Of a DNA stretch of 64,000 nucleotides, positions 1 to 9,424 are shown piece after piece; within the stretch, counting starts at the first letter, position 1, and the number at the start of each line of letters is the position of its first letter. The position numbers were made by a program, and so were the translations under genes. The stretch comes from Acidobacteriota bacterium (GTDB taxonomy: Bacteria > Acidobacteriota > UBA6911 > RPQK01 > JAJDTT01): positions 3,808,001 through 3,872,000 of the forward strand of contig OZ253580.1 of the NCBI GenBank assembly GCA_965263035.1. The letters are read 5' to 3'. The notes beneath the pieces were generated by a model, which saw only the letters and a program-made list of their open reading frames with translations, made no database searches and was not told the origin of the DNA.

Positions 1-1
1 C

Positions 2-280
2 CCGACGGCCGGGTCCATGGCCCGGCTGCTCTACAACTACCAGGGGGATCGAATTTCGGATGTCGGCGCTCAGGGCTTGCCTGACGTGGTTCAGGTCGGG
101 GTCCCCCGCATGGACGCCGTTTTCATCCAACCTCTGGGCAAGAGCCGGAGGCTCAAGGTCAGCGCCGAAAACCTGCTGGACCACCAGTACGAGTACCGGC
201 AGGGGGACCGGATTCAGCGCTCGTATCGAATCGGACGGAGCTTCTCCGTCGGTATTTCCAAGACCTTCTTCAGAGAGTAG
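2..280 (+). CDS. TonB-dependent receptor, C-terminal fragment (5' end outside window)
   Basis: Frame is open from the window edge; LLYNYQGDRISDVGAQGLPD...LKVSAENLLD...GRSFSVGIS resembles the last barrel strands of TonB receptors (NLLD box). Confidence 0.8.
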   Translation, partial: PTAGSMARLLYNYQGDRISDVGAQGLPDVVQVGVPRMDAVFIQPLGKSRRLKVSAENLLDHQYEYRQGDRIQRSYRIGRSFSVGISKTFFRE

Positions 281-323
281 ACGACTAACCCTGAATCACT
301 TGTAGAAAAAGGAGCCACGACCC

Positions 324-2147
324 ATGCGAAGAATCATTTCGGTAATGATTCTGACTTTGATCCCGATCCTGGCGGTCGCCAATCCGGCGGGCGCTGTGGA
401 GGGTGCCGGAGCGGCTGGGGACATCCAGTTCGTGCAGCTGATGGATCAGTCCAGCGGCCCTCACGCCAGCATCTTTCTGCGGACCAACGAAGTCGGCTAT
501 TTGACCCAGTCCGACGATCCGCGGAACCAGATCATGGTGAGGGTGGACCTGGATCCCAACGGCCACATGTACGACAAGACCTATTTCGTTTCCTTCCTGA
601 ACAAGGAGACGGGAGAGTCCCGGTACCTCGATGTGACGGGTGGCCGGCCGCGGGATGCCTCCGACGGAGTCGTTGATTTCGAAGGGAATCCCCCCGCTGA
701 AGCCAACGCCTATCCCATCCCGGCCCTTGCGGCGCCTCTGAACACTCTCGTCGGCCCCGCGCCTGCTCCCGTGAGCACGTTGGATCCCAGTGACCTGGGC
801 GCCGGCCGCTGGGCCGCCGTCTTCGACATCCGGGACGTCACCGGGACCCGGATCTCCCAGCGGGCCTACTGGCATTTCGTCATTGCCGAGCAGGCGACGG
901 AACTGCCCGCCGAGATCAACGCCGATATGACTCTCGACTGGAGGACCCTCTGGATTCTGCCATCGCGACTGCATACCGTCGGTCCCGGCGCCACCCTGAC
1001 CATCGAGCCCGGCACGGTGCTGTTGGGCACCGACATCGCGACTCTGATTGGACGAGGAGGTCGGATTCATGCCGAGGGAACTGCGCTCAGCCCCATCATC
1101 ATGACCTCCGACGAGAGCGTGGGTTCTCGGCGCGTTCAGGGTTGGGGTGGACTGGTGCTCGCCGGCAACGCTCCCATCAACGGTTGCGAGGGCGGCAATT
1201 GTGAAGGAGACGTCGAGGGAGTGAGCAATGCCAAGTACGGCGGGAACGATCCGGCAGATGACAGCGGCGTGCTGAAGTACGTCCGAGTGGAATTTGCAGG
1301 GGCGGAGTTCTCACCCGAAAACGAGCTCAACGGTATCGCCTTCCACGGTATCGGCAACCAGACCGAGGTCGACTATGTCCAAGTCCATTACAACAAGGAC
1401 GACGGCATCGAGATGTTCGGGGGTACTGCCAATATCAGACACGCACTCCTGACGGGGGTTGCCGACGACAGCCTTGATTACCCCGAAGGCTGGGTGGGCA
1501 AGGCTCAGTTCATCTGCATCCAGCAGGACAAGTCCGACGCCGACAACGGTTTCGAGTTCGACAGCAACGGCGAAGCCAACGATCTGCTGCCCCGCTCCAA
1601 TCCCACGATTTCGAATGTGACTCTTGTGGGTGGCAATCCGGGCGCGGGCAGTGACGCGGAGAGTGACATCGGCATGCTGGTGCGCGAAGGCACTGCGGGC
1701 CAGACCTACAACTCCATTGTCATCGGTTTCGGCCGTGAAGCGGTCGTGATTGATCAGGCGGCCACCACCCGGCAGATCGACAGCGGGGATCTCGTGATTG
1801 CCAACAACATCTTTGGTCCGAACCGAACTCGGGAATCCCAGCGAGTTCAGTTCGCGGCTGGTAGTGACGCCGGCGGCTGCGGTGTTGACGCCTGGATCCG
1901 GGGTGCGTCCCCGATGAATCGCTTTGCCGATTCGGCGAGTGCGGTGGGCTTGGCCGATCCGTTCAACGCTCTGTCCCCCGACTTCCGGCCCCTGCCCAAC
2001 TCCATGGCCCTTGACGTGAACTACGTCAAGACGCTGCCGGAAGACGGTTTCTTCACGCCGGTGACCTATGCGGGTTGTGTAGGTCCAAACGACGATTGGA
2101 TTCACAGCTGGAGCACCAGTGAACCGTCTCTGGCGTCCGGCAACTAA
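324..2147 (+). CDS. Secreted beta-helix protein of the family encoded downstream of TonB receptors (ElpS-like)
   Basis: Signal peptide; RBS AGGAG; motifs WGGLVLAGNAPIN, YGGNDPADDSGVLKYVRVEFAG, NELNG, DDGIEMFGGT, DDSLD. Confidence 0.7.
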   Translation: MRRIISVMILTLIPILAVANPAGAVEGAGAAGDIQFVQLMDQSSGPHASIFLRTNEVGYLTQSDDPRNQIMVRVDLDPNGHMYDKTYFVSFLNKETGESRYLDVTGGRPRDASDGVVDFEGNPPAEANAYPIPALAAPLNTLVGPAPAPVSTLDPSDLGAGRWAAVFDIRDVTGTRISQRAYWHFVIAEQATELPAEINADMTLDWRTLWILPSRLHTVGPGATLTIEPGTVLLGTDIATLIGRGGRIHAEGTALSPIIMTSDESVGSRRVQGWGGLVLAGNAPINGCEGGNCEGDVEGVSNAKYGGNDPADDSGVLKYVRVEFAGAEFSPENELNGIAFHGIGNQTEVDYVQVHYNKDDGIEMFGGTANIRHALLTGVADDSLDYPEGWVGKAQFICIQQDKSDADNGFEFDSNGEANDLLPRSNPTISNVTLVGGNPGAGSDAESDIGMLVREGTAGQTYNSIVIGFGREAVVIDQAATTRQIDSGDLVIANNIFGPNRTRESQRVQFAAGSDAGGCGVDAWIRGASPMNRFADSASAVGLADPFNALSPDFRPLPNSMALDVNYVKTLPEDGFFTPVTYAGCVGPNDDWIHSWSTSEPSLASGN

Positions 2148-2165
2148 TCGACCGGAGACTTCGAA

Positions 2166-2198
2166 GCGGGCCCGGCGGACGTTGGTTTCCGGGCCCGC
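2166..2198 (+). terminator. GC-rich hairpin after the beta-helix gene
   Basis: GCGGGCCCGG-N13-CCGGGCCCGC, a perfect 10-bp stem; no U-tract. Confidence 0.4.
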
Positions 2199-2224
2199 CC
2201 CAGCACGGCGTAGCGTGAAGCAGG

Positions 2225-2807
2225 ATGACGATGCAATCAGAAAGATCCCGACCCGCAAGAGAATCTGTGGCGAGCCCCTGGCTCTTGGGAATCGGAGGCA
2301 TGGTGGTCCTGGCGGTGTCCCTCGCGTTGCTCTTCACCGGATTCAGCCAAAGTTCGCTGTTGGTGGAAGAAGGCGAGTTGAAGGATTCCGCGGTCTCGCC
2401 GCATGCGTTGGGGCGCCTGCTGCTGGAGCGGCTGCAAGAAGGGGATCTCTCGGAGGTCGGCCAACTCGGCCTTTCCAAGGAGGAGTGGGTCCGCCACGTC
2501 TGGCCGGTGAGTGCGGCTAACCGGCCCGGCTCCAACTTCACACCCGATTTCGTCCGGGGTCTGGACGCCGCCGGGAGTCAGCGGGACCTTTCCGGCACCG
2601 TAAGGCGTTACGGCGGGAAAGAGTTGGAGTTGATCCGGGTCCGACTTCCGGAAGGGTATTCGGGATTATGACGGCTTTCGCCTGCACCGGGACGCCCGCT
2701 TGGAGGTGGGTCTTCGGGACGGCGGGAAACGGGAATTGAAGCTGTTCAGTTCCGTCTTCGAGCGAAACGGGGAGTTCAAGATCTTTAGCTTCAAGAATGA
2801 CAATTGA
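2225..2807 (+). pseudogene. Membrane-anchored hypothetical protein with a +1 frameshift near 2654-2656
   Basis: ORF stops at 2671, but the next frame continues GIRDYDGFRLHRDARLEV...LKLFSSVFERNGEFKIFSFKNDN* to 2807, ending 18 nt before the next gene. One extra G in GAAGGGTATT. Confidence 0.7.
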
Positions 2808-2825
2808 AGTGGGGGAGGGAAAATA

Positions 2826-3596
2826 ATGTCGGGTTTCAGAATTCTAATTTTGTCCATGTTCTTCGGGGCGGTCCTGGCGCAGGACCAAACCGTATACATT
2901 GCGCAGGTGGGTCACGGCGCCGGCTTCGAGACGACGCTCAGCTTCGTCGGACTGACCAACACCACGACGAACATCCTGATCGAAACCTTCGATAACGACG
3001 GCGACCCTGTCGCTCTTCTGAACAGGCCTGACGTCGTTACCACTATCGGTGCCTCCATCGGCGTTCCGGTTGGCAGCGCAGGTGCAGCCGAAAGTTATGG
3101 TATCGAAGTGCCGCCCATGGGAACGCGAGAAGGCCAGAGCCTGAATGAAAACGAGGCCACGCTTGAGGTGGGCTACGCGAAGATCACTTCGGACAGTCCG
3201 GTCGGAATAGAGGCGGTGTTCCGCAATTTTGCGAACGGCGTTCGGGTCACCACGACCAGCGTACTGCCCGAGAGTCCGACCACGGGTTTCTCCATGTTGG
3301 CCTACGGACAAACCGGGCTCGCGCTCTTGAACCCGCCCGACAACGGAGGGACCGCAGAGGTCACGGTGAGCCTCTTTGACGGTGCGGGCAGAATGTTGGG
3401 TGAGCGCATGATCCCCTTGGCCGCCGGCAGCAAGGCCGTGGCATTCCTCAATCAGGCGCCTTTCTTCAGTCCGGAGATGGCGCCCGGGGATTTCTTCGGC
3501 TCCGTCGAGATCAGCTCGACGCAACCGGTTGTGCCGGTGGTCATCAAGATCGAAGGCAGCGCCTTGGTCACCCAGACCGTCCAGCCTGCCCGATAA
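2826..3596 (+). CDS. Secreted hypothetical beta-rich protein
   Basis: RBS GGAGG; signal peptide ending VLA; YIAQVGHGAGFETTLSFV and TGLALLNP segments. Confidence 0.75.
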   Translation: MSGFRILILSMFFGAVLAQDQTVYIAQVGHGAGFETTLSFVGLTNTTTNILIETFDNDGDPVALLNRPDVVTTIGASIGVPVGSAGAAESYGIEVPPMGTREGQSLNENEATLEVGYAKITSDSPVGIEAVFRNFANGVRVTTTSVLPESPTTGFSMLAYGQTGLALLNPPDNGGTAEVTVSLFDGAGRMLGERMIPLAAGSKAVAFLNQAPFFSPEMAPGDFFGSVEISSTQPVVPVVIKIEGSALVTQTVQPAR

Positions 3597-3611
3597 AGTC
3601 AGATCGCGTGT

Positions 3612-3639
3612 GGCACCGGCGGCTGGGACCGCCGGTGCC
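3612..3639. terminator. Hairpin (REP-like or bidirectional terminator) between convergent genes
   Basis: GGCACCGGCGG-ctggga-CCGCCGGTGCC, a perfect 11-bp stem; T-run at about 3717-3723. Confidence 0.5.
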
Positions 3640-3746
3640 GACGCCTTTCGCTCCGTGGCGCCGAGAATCGTCCCGGCGCGATCTCAACAGGCGTCACCAG
3701 CCGTCCCTCCCGACGCTTTTTTTACTCGCTCCGCAATCTCTGTCGT

Positions 3747-5057
3747 TCAGATCTTCTCCGGCAGCGTCCAAGGCTCCCGGTACGGCTTGGTGAGCATGGC
3801 ATTGGCTTCCGAATCGCGGGGAAAGGTCTCCGTCTCCGGATCGAACTCCAGGACGCGGCCGACCCGATAGGCGATCTCGGCCAGGTGAATGACGCCGCAA
3901 CTGAGATGGGCGACGTCGGCCGGGGCATTGGGTGGCTTCCTGGTCTTGACGGAATCCAGGAAGTTGTACATGTGGGCTCTCGAGTTTTGGGCGAACTCCC
4001 GTCCCGTGATGCCCGGTCCCTTTTCCTCCTTGCGGCCCATATAGACCTGGAAGTGGCCGCGGCGGGAGAAGATCATGTAACCCTCCGTCCCGTAGAAGGC
4101 GTTGCCGTTGTCGTACCCGTGGAGCCCGTAGGGGGTCCACAGCCGGTCCTCGTAGAGCAGCACCTTCCCTTCGGCGTACTGGAGAGCCACCGTCATGTTG
4201 TCCGGATACTCCCGTTCTCCTTCCAGGTCGATGGTGCTGCCATGGGCGGTGATCCGGACGGGATGGGTCGTCACACCCAGGGCCCAGCGCGCCATGTCGA
4301 GGTCGTGGGCGCCGTCGTCCCCCATGTCTCCGTTTCCATAGTCCCGATAGACGCGCCAACTTCGATGGAAACGATTGGGGTTGAAGGGCCGCTTCGGCGC
4401 CGGACCCAGCCACCGGTCGTAGTCCACACCGTCGGGGACAGGACCGTCGGGCTTGGGTTCCAGGGCGTTGCCGCGCTGGACGTTCCAGGCCTTGGTCATC
4501 TTGATCTCACCCATCAGGCCCGACTTCAGGACCTCGGCCGCCCGCAGCGTCACCTCGGTGGAGCGCATCTGGGTTCCGTGCTGGACGATCCGGCCGTACT
4601 TTCGGGCGGCCTCGACCAGAAGCCTTCCCTCCCGGAACACGTGAGAGGCGGGTTTCTCGACGTAGAGGTCCTTACCCGCTTGCAGCACGGGGATGGCGAT
4701 GGGAATGTGCCAGTGGTGGGGTGTGGCCAGCACTACGGCGTCGATGGCGGCATCCTCCAGCAGCCGCCGGTAGTCCTTCACCAGCCGGGGTTTCTTGCGA
4801 TTCGCCTCCTGGACCATACCGGAGACCTGCGCCAGAACCGCATCGTCCACGTCGCAGACACATGCGAAATGGACGTCGTCCCTAAGGAGCAGGTTTTTCA
4901 GATGGCCGCGTCCCATGCCGCCGGCTCCGATGAGGCCCACGGATATCTGATCGTTCAGCGACGCCCTGGAGGCCTTCAGGGTCGGTGCGGCAAGTGTTCC
5001 GGCAGCTGTGGTTCCAGCCAGAGCGGTGAGGAATTCTCTTCGAGCTACGGATTTCAT
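3747..5057 (-). CDS. Gfo/Idh/MocA oxidoreductase with Tat signal
   Basis: ARREFL Tat motif; GLIGAGGMG Rossmann motif; ATPHHWH; YVEKP; DDGAHDLD. Confidence 0.9.
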   Translation of the reverse strand: MKSVARREFLTALAGTTAAGTLAAPTLKASRASLNDQISVGLIGAGGMGRGHLKNLLLRDDVHFACVCDVDDAVLAQVSGMVQEANRKKPRLVKDYRRLLEDAAIDAVVLATPHHWHIPIAIPVLQAGKDLYVEKPASHVFREGRLLVEAARKYGRIVQHGTQMRSTEVTLRAAEVLKSGLMGEIKMTKAWNVQRGNALEPKPDGPVPDGVDYDRWLGPAPKRPFNPNRFHRSWRVYRDYGNGDMGDDGAHDLDMARWALGVTTHPVRITAHGSTIDLEGEREYPDNMTVALQYAEGKVLLYEDRLWTPYGLHGYDNGNAFYGTEGYMIFSRRGHFQVYMGRKEEKGPGITGREFAQNSRAHMYNFLDSVKTRKPPNAPADVAHLSCGVIHLAEIAYRVGRVLEFDPETETFPRDSEANAMLTKPYREPWTLPEKI

Positions 5058-5176
5058 GCGCAGTTCCTTTCCGGTTGTGAAATTCAACGGTCCACGGTGA
5101 CCAACCGGCGGAACATCAACATCGGGATGCCGTGCCGGTCAAATGCCGCTCCGGCTCTTGCCGTATGCGGCCGTTA

Positions 5177-6250
5177 TCAGACGTCGACGCCGGACGCCTG
5201 CAGCAGGGCCCGCTGCACCGCCAGATCGTGCTCCGGCGAAAAGAATTCGACCCCTCTGCCTTCGCGGATGGCGCCGGCCAGATCGTCCACGTCGGACAGG
5301 TAGCGCGGTGAAGGTCCCACCGGCACGTCGTGGACTCCCGCGCCGAACTCACCGTGGGGGCGGCTCAGGGCCAGTCTCACCCTCGGACGGTCGGGAGAGT
5401 CGATCTGGATGGAGCCCTCCTCTCCGAAGACGTAGAAATAACGGTTCCCGTTGAGGCTGTGGCTCTTGACCACGGCCACCGCCAGGTCGAACTCGAAAGT
5501 GGCCAGCACGTCGTCCTCCAACTGGTCCGGAACCGGGTCGCTGTGGCGCAGCACTGGGCTCACGCGATTGGGAGCGCCCAGGAGCCAGATCAGGGCGTCG
5601 ATCATGTGGCCGCAGATCTCGAACATCTGTCCGCCGGGGTAGTTGTCCAAGCGCCGCCGGCCGGCCGGACTCAAGGTGTCGTTCATCTGACAGACGGCGG
5701 ATCGAATCCGGCCCAGCCAACCCTCGCGGATGGCCCGGTGGGCCAGGCGGAAGGCGGGATTGTAGCGATAGACGTATCCCATCTGGATCAGCAGTTTCCT
5801 GCGCTCAGCTTCGTGGAAGAGGCGCTCCAGGGCCGTCAGATCGGCCCCCGGAGGCTTGTCGATCTTCAGGTGCTTGTTGGCCACGATCACCCGGTGGGAG
5901 TAGCGCAGGGCCTCCAGCGGATCGGTCTCGATGCACACCATCTTCACCCGGTCGTCTCTCAGAATCTCCTCGACACTGGTCCAGGAAACGCCTTCCCATC
6001 GGCCGCTCCTCTTGGCGCGGGCGCGCAGTTCGGGGTCCGGCTCCGCCACCGCCAACACTTCGTAGTTGGAGGACTTCCGAAGCGTCTGCAGGTGACCAAC
6101 GGCGTGAGAATGGACGGTGCCGATGATAGCGGCCCCGATGGGGTGGGACGCTGCGGGAGCCGCGCCCCGCGCCCCCATGGCCGCCACACCCGTTGCTGTG
6201 GCTCCAACGGCCGTGGCAGAGAGGAACTGACGTCTAGCCATCATAGTCAT
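5177..6250 (-). CDS. Gfo/Idh/MocA oxidoreductase with Tat signal
   Basis: ARRQFL; AAIIGTVHSHA; IDKPPG; EICGHMID; RBS AGGAG. Confidence 0.88.
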   Translation of the reverse strand: MTMMARRQFLSATAVGATATGVAAMGARGAAPAASHPIGAAIIGTVHSHAVGHLQTLRKSSNYEVLAVAEPDPELRARAKRSGRWEGVSWTSVEEILRDDRVKMVCIETDPLEALRYSHRVIVANKHLKIDKPPGADLTALERLFHEAERRKLLIQMGYVYRYNPAFRLAHRAIREGWLGRIRSAVCQMNDTLSPAGRRRLDNYPGGQMFEICGHMIDALIWLLGAPNRVSPVLRHSDPVPDQLEDDVLATFEFDLAVAVVKSHSLNGNRYFYVFGEEGSIQIDSPDRPRVRLALSRPHGEFGAGVHDVPVGPSPRYLSDVDDLAGAIREGRGVEFFSPEHDLAVQRALLQASGVDV

Positions 6251-6352
6251 TCGCTTGTCTCCTGGAGTAACTGCCGACAAGCATAATCCAGTGACATGCG
6301 CGCATCAATCGTGCCTTGCCTCACCTCGTCCGGTGTGGTTCTATTTGGGCAA

Positions 6353-7762
6353 ATGCCAGACACTCCCGATCGGCCGAACCGACGGCGCTTCCTTTCCAGA
6401 ACCGCAATGACGGCGGGGTCGGCCGCAAGCGTTTCGCTGCCCGCCGCCCTGGCCTGCAATCCGAGTTCAAGCTCCTCCATTGCAACTCCCTTGGATCTTT
6501 CGGTGGCCCGGACCGAGACGGTGACGGTCGACGTCCCGTTTCGGCCGGTTCCGGCCCGAAACATGATCCGGGAAATCCCCCACTGGACGGTGTTCGAGAT
6601 CTGCAAGGTGGAGCTCAAGTGCGGTGTCGCCGGGTTCGGCGAGACCATGGAGTATTACACCTGGGGCCAGGTCTCGGAGGAGAGCCTGCAGCGGGTCCAG
6701 GGAAAAAACGCCGCCGAGCTCATGTGGGACGATTCTCTCGGAGCCGGCCTTCAGATGGCCCTCTTCGACGCTGTGGGCAAGGCCTGGGACGTCCCCTGCC
6801 ACCGGCTGCTGGGGCATCAGCTTCGGGAGCAGGCACCGGTCAGCTGGTGGGACATCGACATGCCGGGCGACGACTGGGTCCTGGAGTGCGCCGAGGCTAT
6901 GCGGCAGGGCTACAAGGCCTTCAAGACCAAGGGCCGGCCCTGGTTCGACCTGGACCAGCAGTTGGCGACCCTGATACCGACCCTTCCGGCCGACTTCGAA
7001 GTGGACATGGACTTCAACGGGTTTCTCATGGACGCCGACCGGGGCGCCGAGCGGCTCAAGCGTTGGGAGGCGTATCCGCAGATCGCCATCTACGAGACCC
7101 CCATCCCACAGGGCGACATCCCGGGAAACCAGCGTCTCAAGACGGCCACCCGGGTCCCCATCGCCATGCACTACGGGAATCCGGAGCCGGCCGTGGCGAT
7201 CCGGGAAGAGGTCTGCGACGGTTTTGTGGTGGGGGGCGGGGCCTCCAGGGTGATGGGAGCCGGGCACTTCTCGGCCGAGGTGGACCTGCCGTTCTGGCTC
7301 CAACTGGTGGGGACCACCATCACGGCCACCTTCTCTCTCCACTTGGGAGCCGTCCTCAAGCAGGCGGTCTGGCCGGCGGTGAACTGCCATCAACTCTATA
7401 CCCACGCCATGGTGCGCCAGCCCATGAAGGTGGAAGGGGGGACGGCTCCGATTCCGATGGGTCCCGGTCTGGGCGTGGAGCTGGATGAGAACGCGGTGGA
7501 GCGGTTTCGCATAGAGCCTCTCAAGGAAAGGCCCTACCCGGCTCCCGGGCTCCTGATTGGCATCCGGTGGCCTTCCGGCCGAACCAGCTACTACGCCCAC
7601 GCCCGTCAATACTGGGAAGACTTCCACGCCGACAAGCTCCCCGTCTTCGCGTCCGGCGTAGACCTCAAGAGCATCCCCGACGACGGGTCGGAAGCGTGGA
7701 GAAACCTGCAGGCTCAGGCGCAGAAGGGGGGAGTGCACCTGGAGGAGCCTCGGTTGTGGTAA
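6353..7762 (+). CDS. Enolase-superfamily (mandelate racemase/MLE) protein with putative Tat-lipoprotein signal
   Basis: NRRRFL...ALAC; GFGET; MALFDAVGK; FKTK; DMDFN; YETP; GPGLGVELD. Confidence 0.85.
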   Translation: MPDTPDRPNRRRFLSRTAMTAGSAASVSLPAALACNPSSSSSIATPLDLSVARTETVTVDVPFRPVPARNMIREIPHWTVFEICKVELKCGVAGFGETMEYYTWGQVSEESLQRVQGKNAAELMWDDSLGAGLQMALFDAVGKAWDVPCHRLLGHQLREQAPVSWWDIDMPGDDWVLECAEAMRQGYKAFKTKGRPWFDLDQQLATLIPTLPADFEVDMDFNGFLMDADRGAERLKRWEAYPQIAIYETPIPQGDIPGNQRLKTATRVPIAMHYGNPEPAVAIREEVCDGFVVGGGASRVMGAGHFSAEVDLPFWLQLVGTTITATFSLHLGAVLKQAVWPAVNCHQLYTHAMVRQPMKVEGGTAPIPMGPGLGVELDENAVERFRIEPLKERPYPAPGLLIGIRWPSGRTSYYAHARQYWEDFHADKLPVFASGVDLKSIPDDGSEAWRNLQAQAQKGGVHLEEPRLW

Positions 7763-7777
7763 CCACCCGAACCCAAG

Positions 7778-7925
7778 CAGCCCGTGGCAAAAGTCGCCGC
7801 GGCATTCGACCGTCCCTGCATCGTGCGCGGACTGCGTTGCGACTCGGTCACATACTCCCTCATCGCGCCTGGTCCGGCGGGCGCAGGACCGGTCTCGGTG
7901 CTCGCGGGACTTTCACCACGGACTG
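7778..7925 (+). mobile_element. MITE family A, copy 1 (148 bp)
   Basis: Imperfect TIRs CAGCCCGTGGCAAAAGTC / GACTTTCACCACGGACTG; CAAG direct repeat on both sides (7774-7777, 7926-7929); near-identical inverted copy at 60731-60888. Confidence 0.85.
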
Positions 7926-7940
7926 CAAGGAGGAGACTTC

Positions 7941-9410
7941 GTGTTGTTGCTGAGAATGGCCGTCGGCCTGATGTTTCTGTTTTCGACGAACCTGCCGGCA
8001 AAGGACAAGGAGGCGCCGGCACCGCTGGACCTGGGCTCCCGGCTCGAACTCTTCGTGGACGATTTTCTCATCGAGTCCATGAAGGGGCTGGAGCAGAGAC
8101 TGCATCATCCCGTGTCCGCGGGAAAGATCCTCACCCTGGACAAACCCTGGGAAGGAGTGACCTGCGATTACCAGGTCGTCTTCAAGGATGGGGACTTCTA
8201 CCGCATGTACTACCGCGGAAGCAGTCACGAGGGCTACACCATCCCGTCGTTCCTGAAGCCGGGGGAGACGGTGGTTCCGGTGCATCCCCAGTTCGCGCTT
8301 TACGCGGAGAGCCCCGACGGCTTGACCTGGACGCGGCCGGAACTGGGGTTGGTCGAGTTCAACGGTTCCAAGCAGAACAACATCGTCCTGGAGGGAGATG
8401 GGGCCCACAATCTGGCTCCCTTCCGGGATCAGAACCCGGCAGCTACCGAGGCTCAACGTTACAAGGCGGTCGGTTCCGGCTCGCTCAACCGGAAGCCGGT
8501 CCTGTGGGGGTTCGTCTCGCCCGACGGTCTGAGATGGAGCAAGATCCAGGAGAAGCCCGTCATCACCGATGGGAAGTTCGATTCCCTGAACGTGGCCTTC
8601 TGGGACACGATCCGGAAAGAGTATGTGGCCATCTACCGGGATTTCCGGCACGGAGTCCGAACCATTCGGCACTCGACGTCACGGGATTTCGTGAACTGGA
8701 CGACGGGTGAATGGGGCCAGTTCGGAGACGTTGAGCGGGACCATCTCTACACCAACGCCACCACCCCCTATTTCCGTGCTCCCCAGATCTACCTGGCGTT
8801 CCCCCGAAGATACATCCCTTGGAAGACCCGTCTCAGCGAGTCCCCTTGGCCTGGGGCCTCGGACACGGTCTTCATGACCAGCCGCGACGGCGTCCACTGG
8901 GACCGGCGTTTCATGGAGTCGTTTATCCGTCCCGGCAGACAGCGGCGAGCCTGGATGCATCGCACCAACCTGGCGTCGTGGGGTGTCGTTCCCACGGCTC
9001 CCGATGAGATCTCGCTCTACGTGCTCCGGGAACGGGATTTTCCCTCGGTCCACTTCGAGCGCATGGTCCTCCGCACCGACGGGTTCGTCTCCCTTCGAGC
9101 CGGGTACTCAGGAGGCGAGCTGCTGACCCGTCTGTTCACCTTCGACGGCGGCGCCCTGGTGCTGAACTTCTCCACCTCGGCCGCCGGGAGCATCCGGCTG
9201 GAGTTGCAGGACATCAACGGTCATCCCGTTCCCGGCTTCTCGCTGGCCGACTCCCCGCTCATCTTCGGAGACGAAATCGAACACCATGTCGAATGGAAGC
9301 GTCCCACCGGGCAGACCGACCGGGAACCCTTGAAGCACTTGTCCGGCAAACCCTTGCGGTTGCGGTTCGTGATGAAGGACGCGGATCTCTATTCCATCCG
9401 TTTCCAGTGA
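7941..9410 (+). CDS. Secreted GH32-like five-bladed beta-propeller plus C-terminal beta-sandwich (paralog 1)
   Basis: Signal peptide; LELFVDD; PWEG; YRMYYRG; SPDGLTW and SRDGVHW Asp-box-like repeats; LRTDGFVSL; DADLYSIRF. Confidence 0.8.
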   Translation: MLLLRMAVGLMFLFSTNLPAKDKEAPAPLDLGSRLELFVDDFLIESMKGLEQRLHHPVSAGKILTLDKPWEGVTCDYQVVFKDGDFYRMYYRGSSHEGYTIPSFLKPGETVVPVHPQFALYAESPDGLTWTRPELGLVEFNGSKQNNIVLEGDGAHNLAPFRDQNPAATEAQRYKAVGSGSLNRKPVLWGFVSPDGLRWSKIQEKPVITDGKFDSLNVAFWDTIRKEYVAIYRDFRHGVRTIRHSTSRDFVNWTTGEWGQFGDVERDHLYTNATTPYFRAPQIYLAFPRRYIPWKTRLSESPWPGASDTVFMTSRDGVHWDRRFMESFIRPGRQRRAWMHRTNLASWGVVPTAPDEISLYVLRERDFPSVHFERMVLRTDGFVSLRAGYSGGELLTRLFTFDGGALVLNFSTSAAGSIRLELQDINGHPVPGFSLADSPLIFGDEIEHHVEWKRPTGQTDREPLKHLSGKPLRLRFVMKDADLYSIRFQ

Positions 9411-9424
9411 GGTCCCTGACATTT

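Noticed and set aside
3885-5303. Long antisense or alternative-frame ORFs (also 14943-16583, 33674-35476, 51591-52976, 58034-59419 and others)
   Set aside because: Shadows of real genes caused by high GC3; no recognisable motifs.
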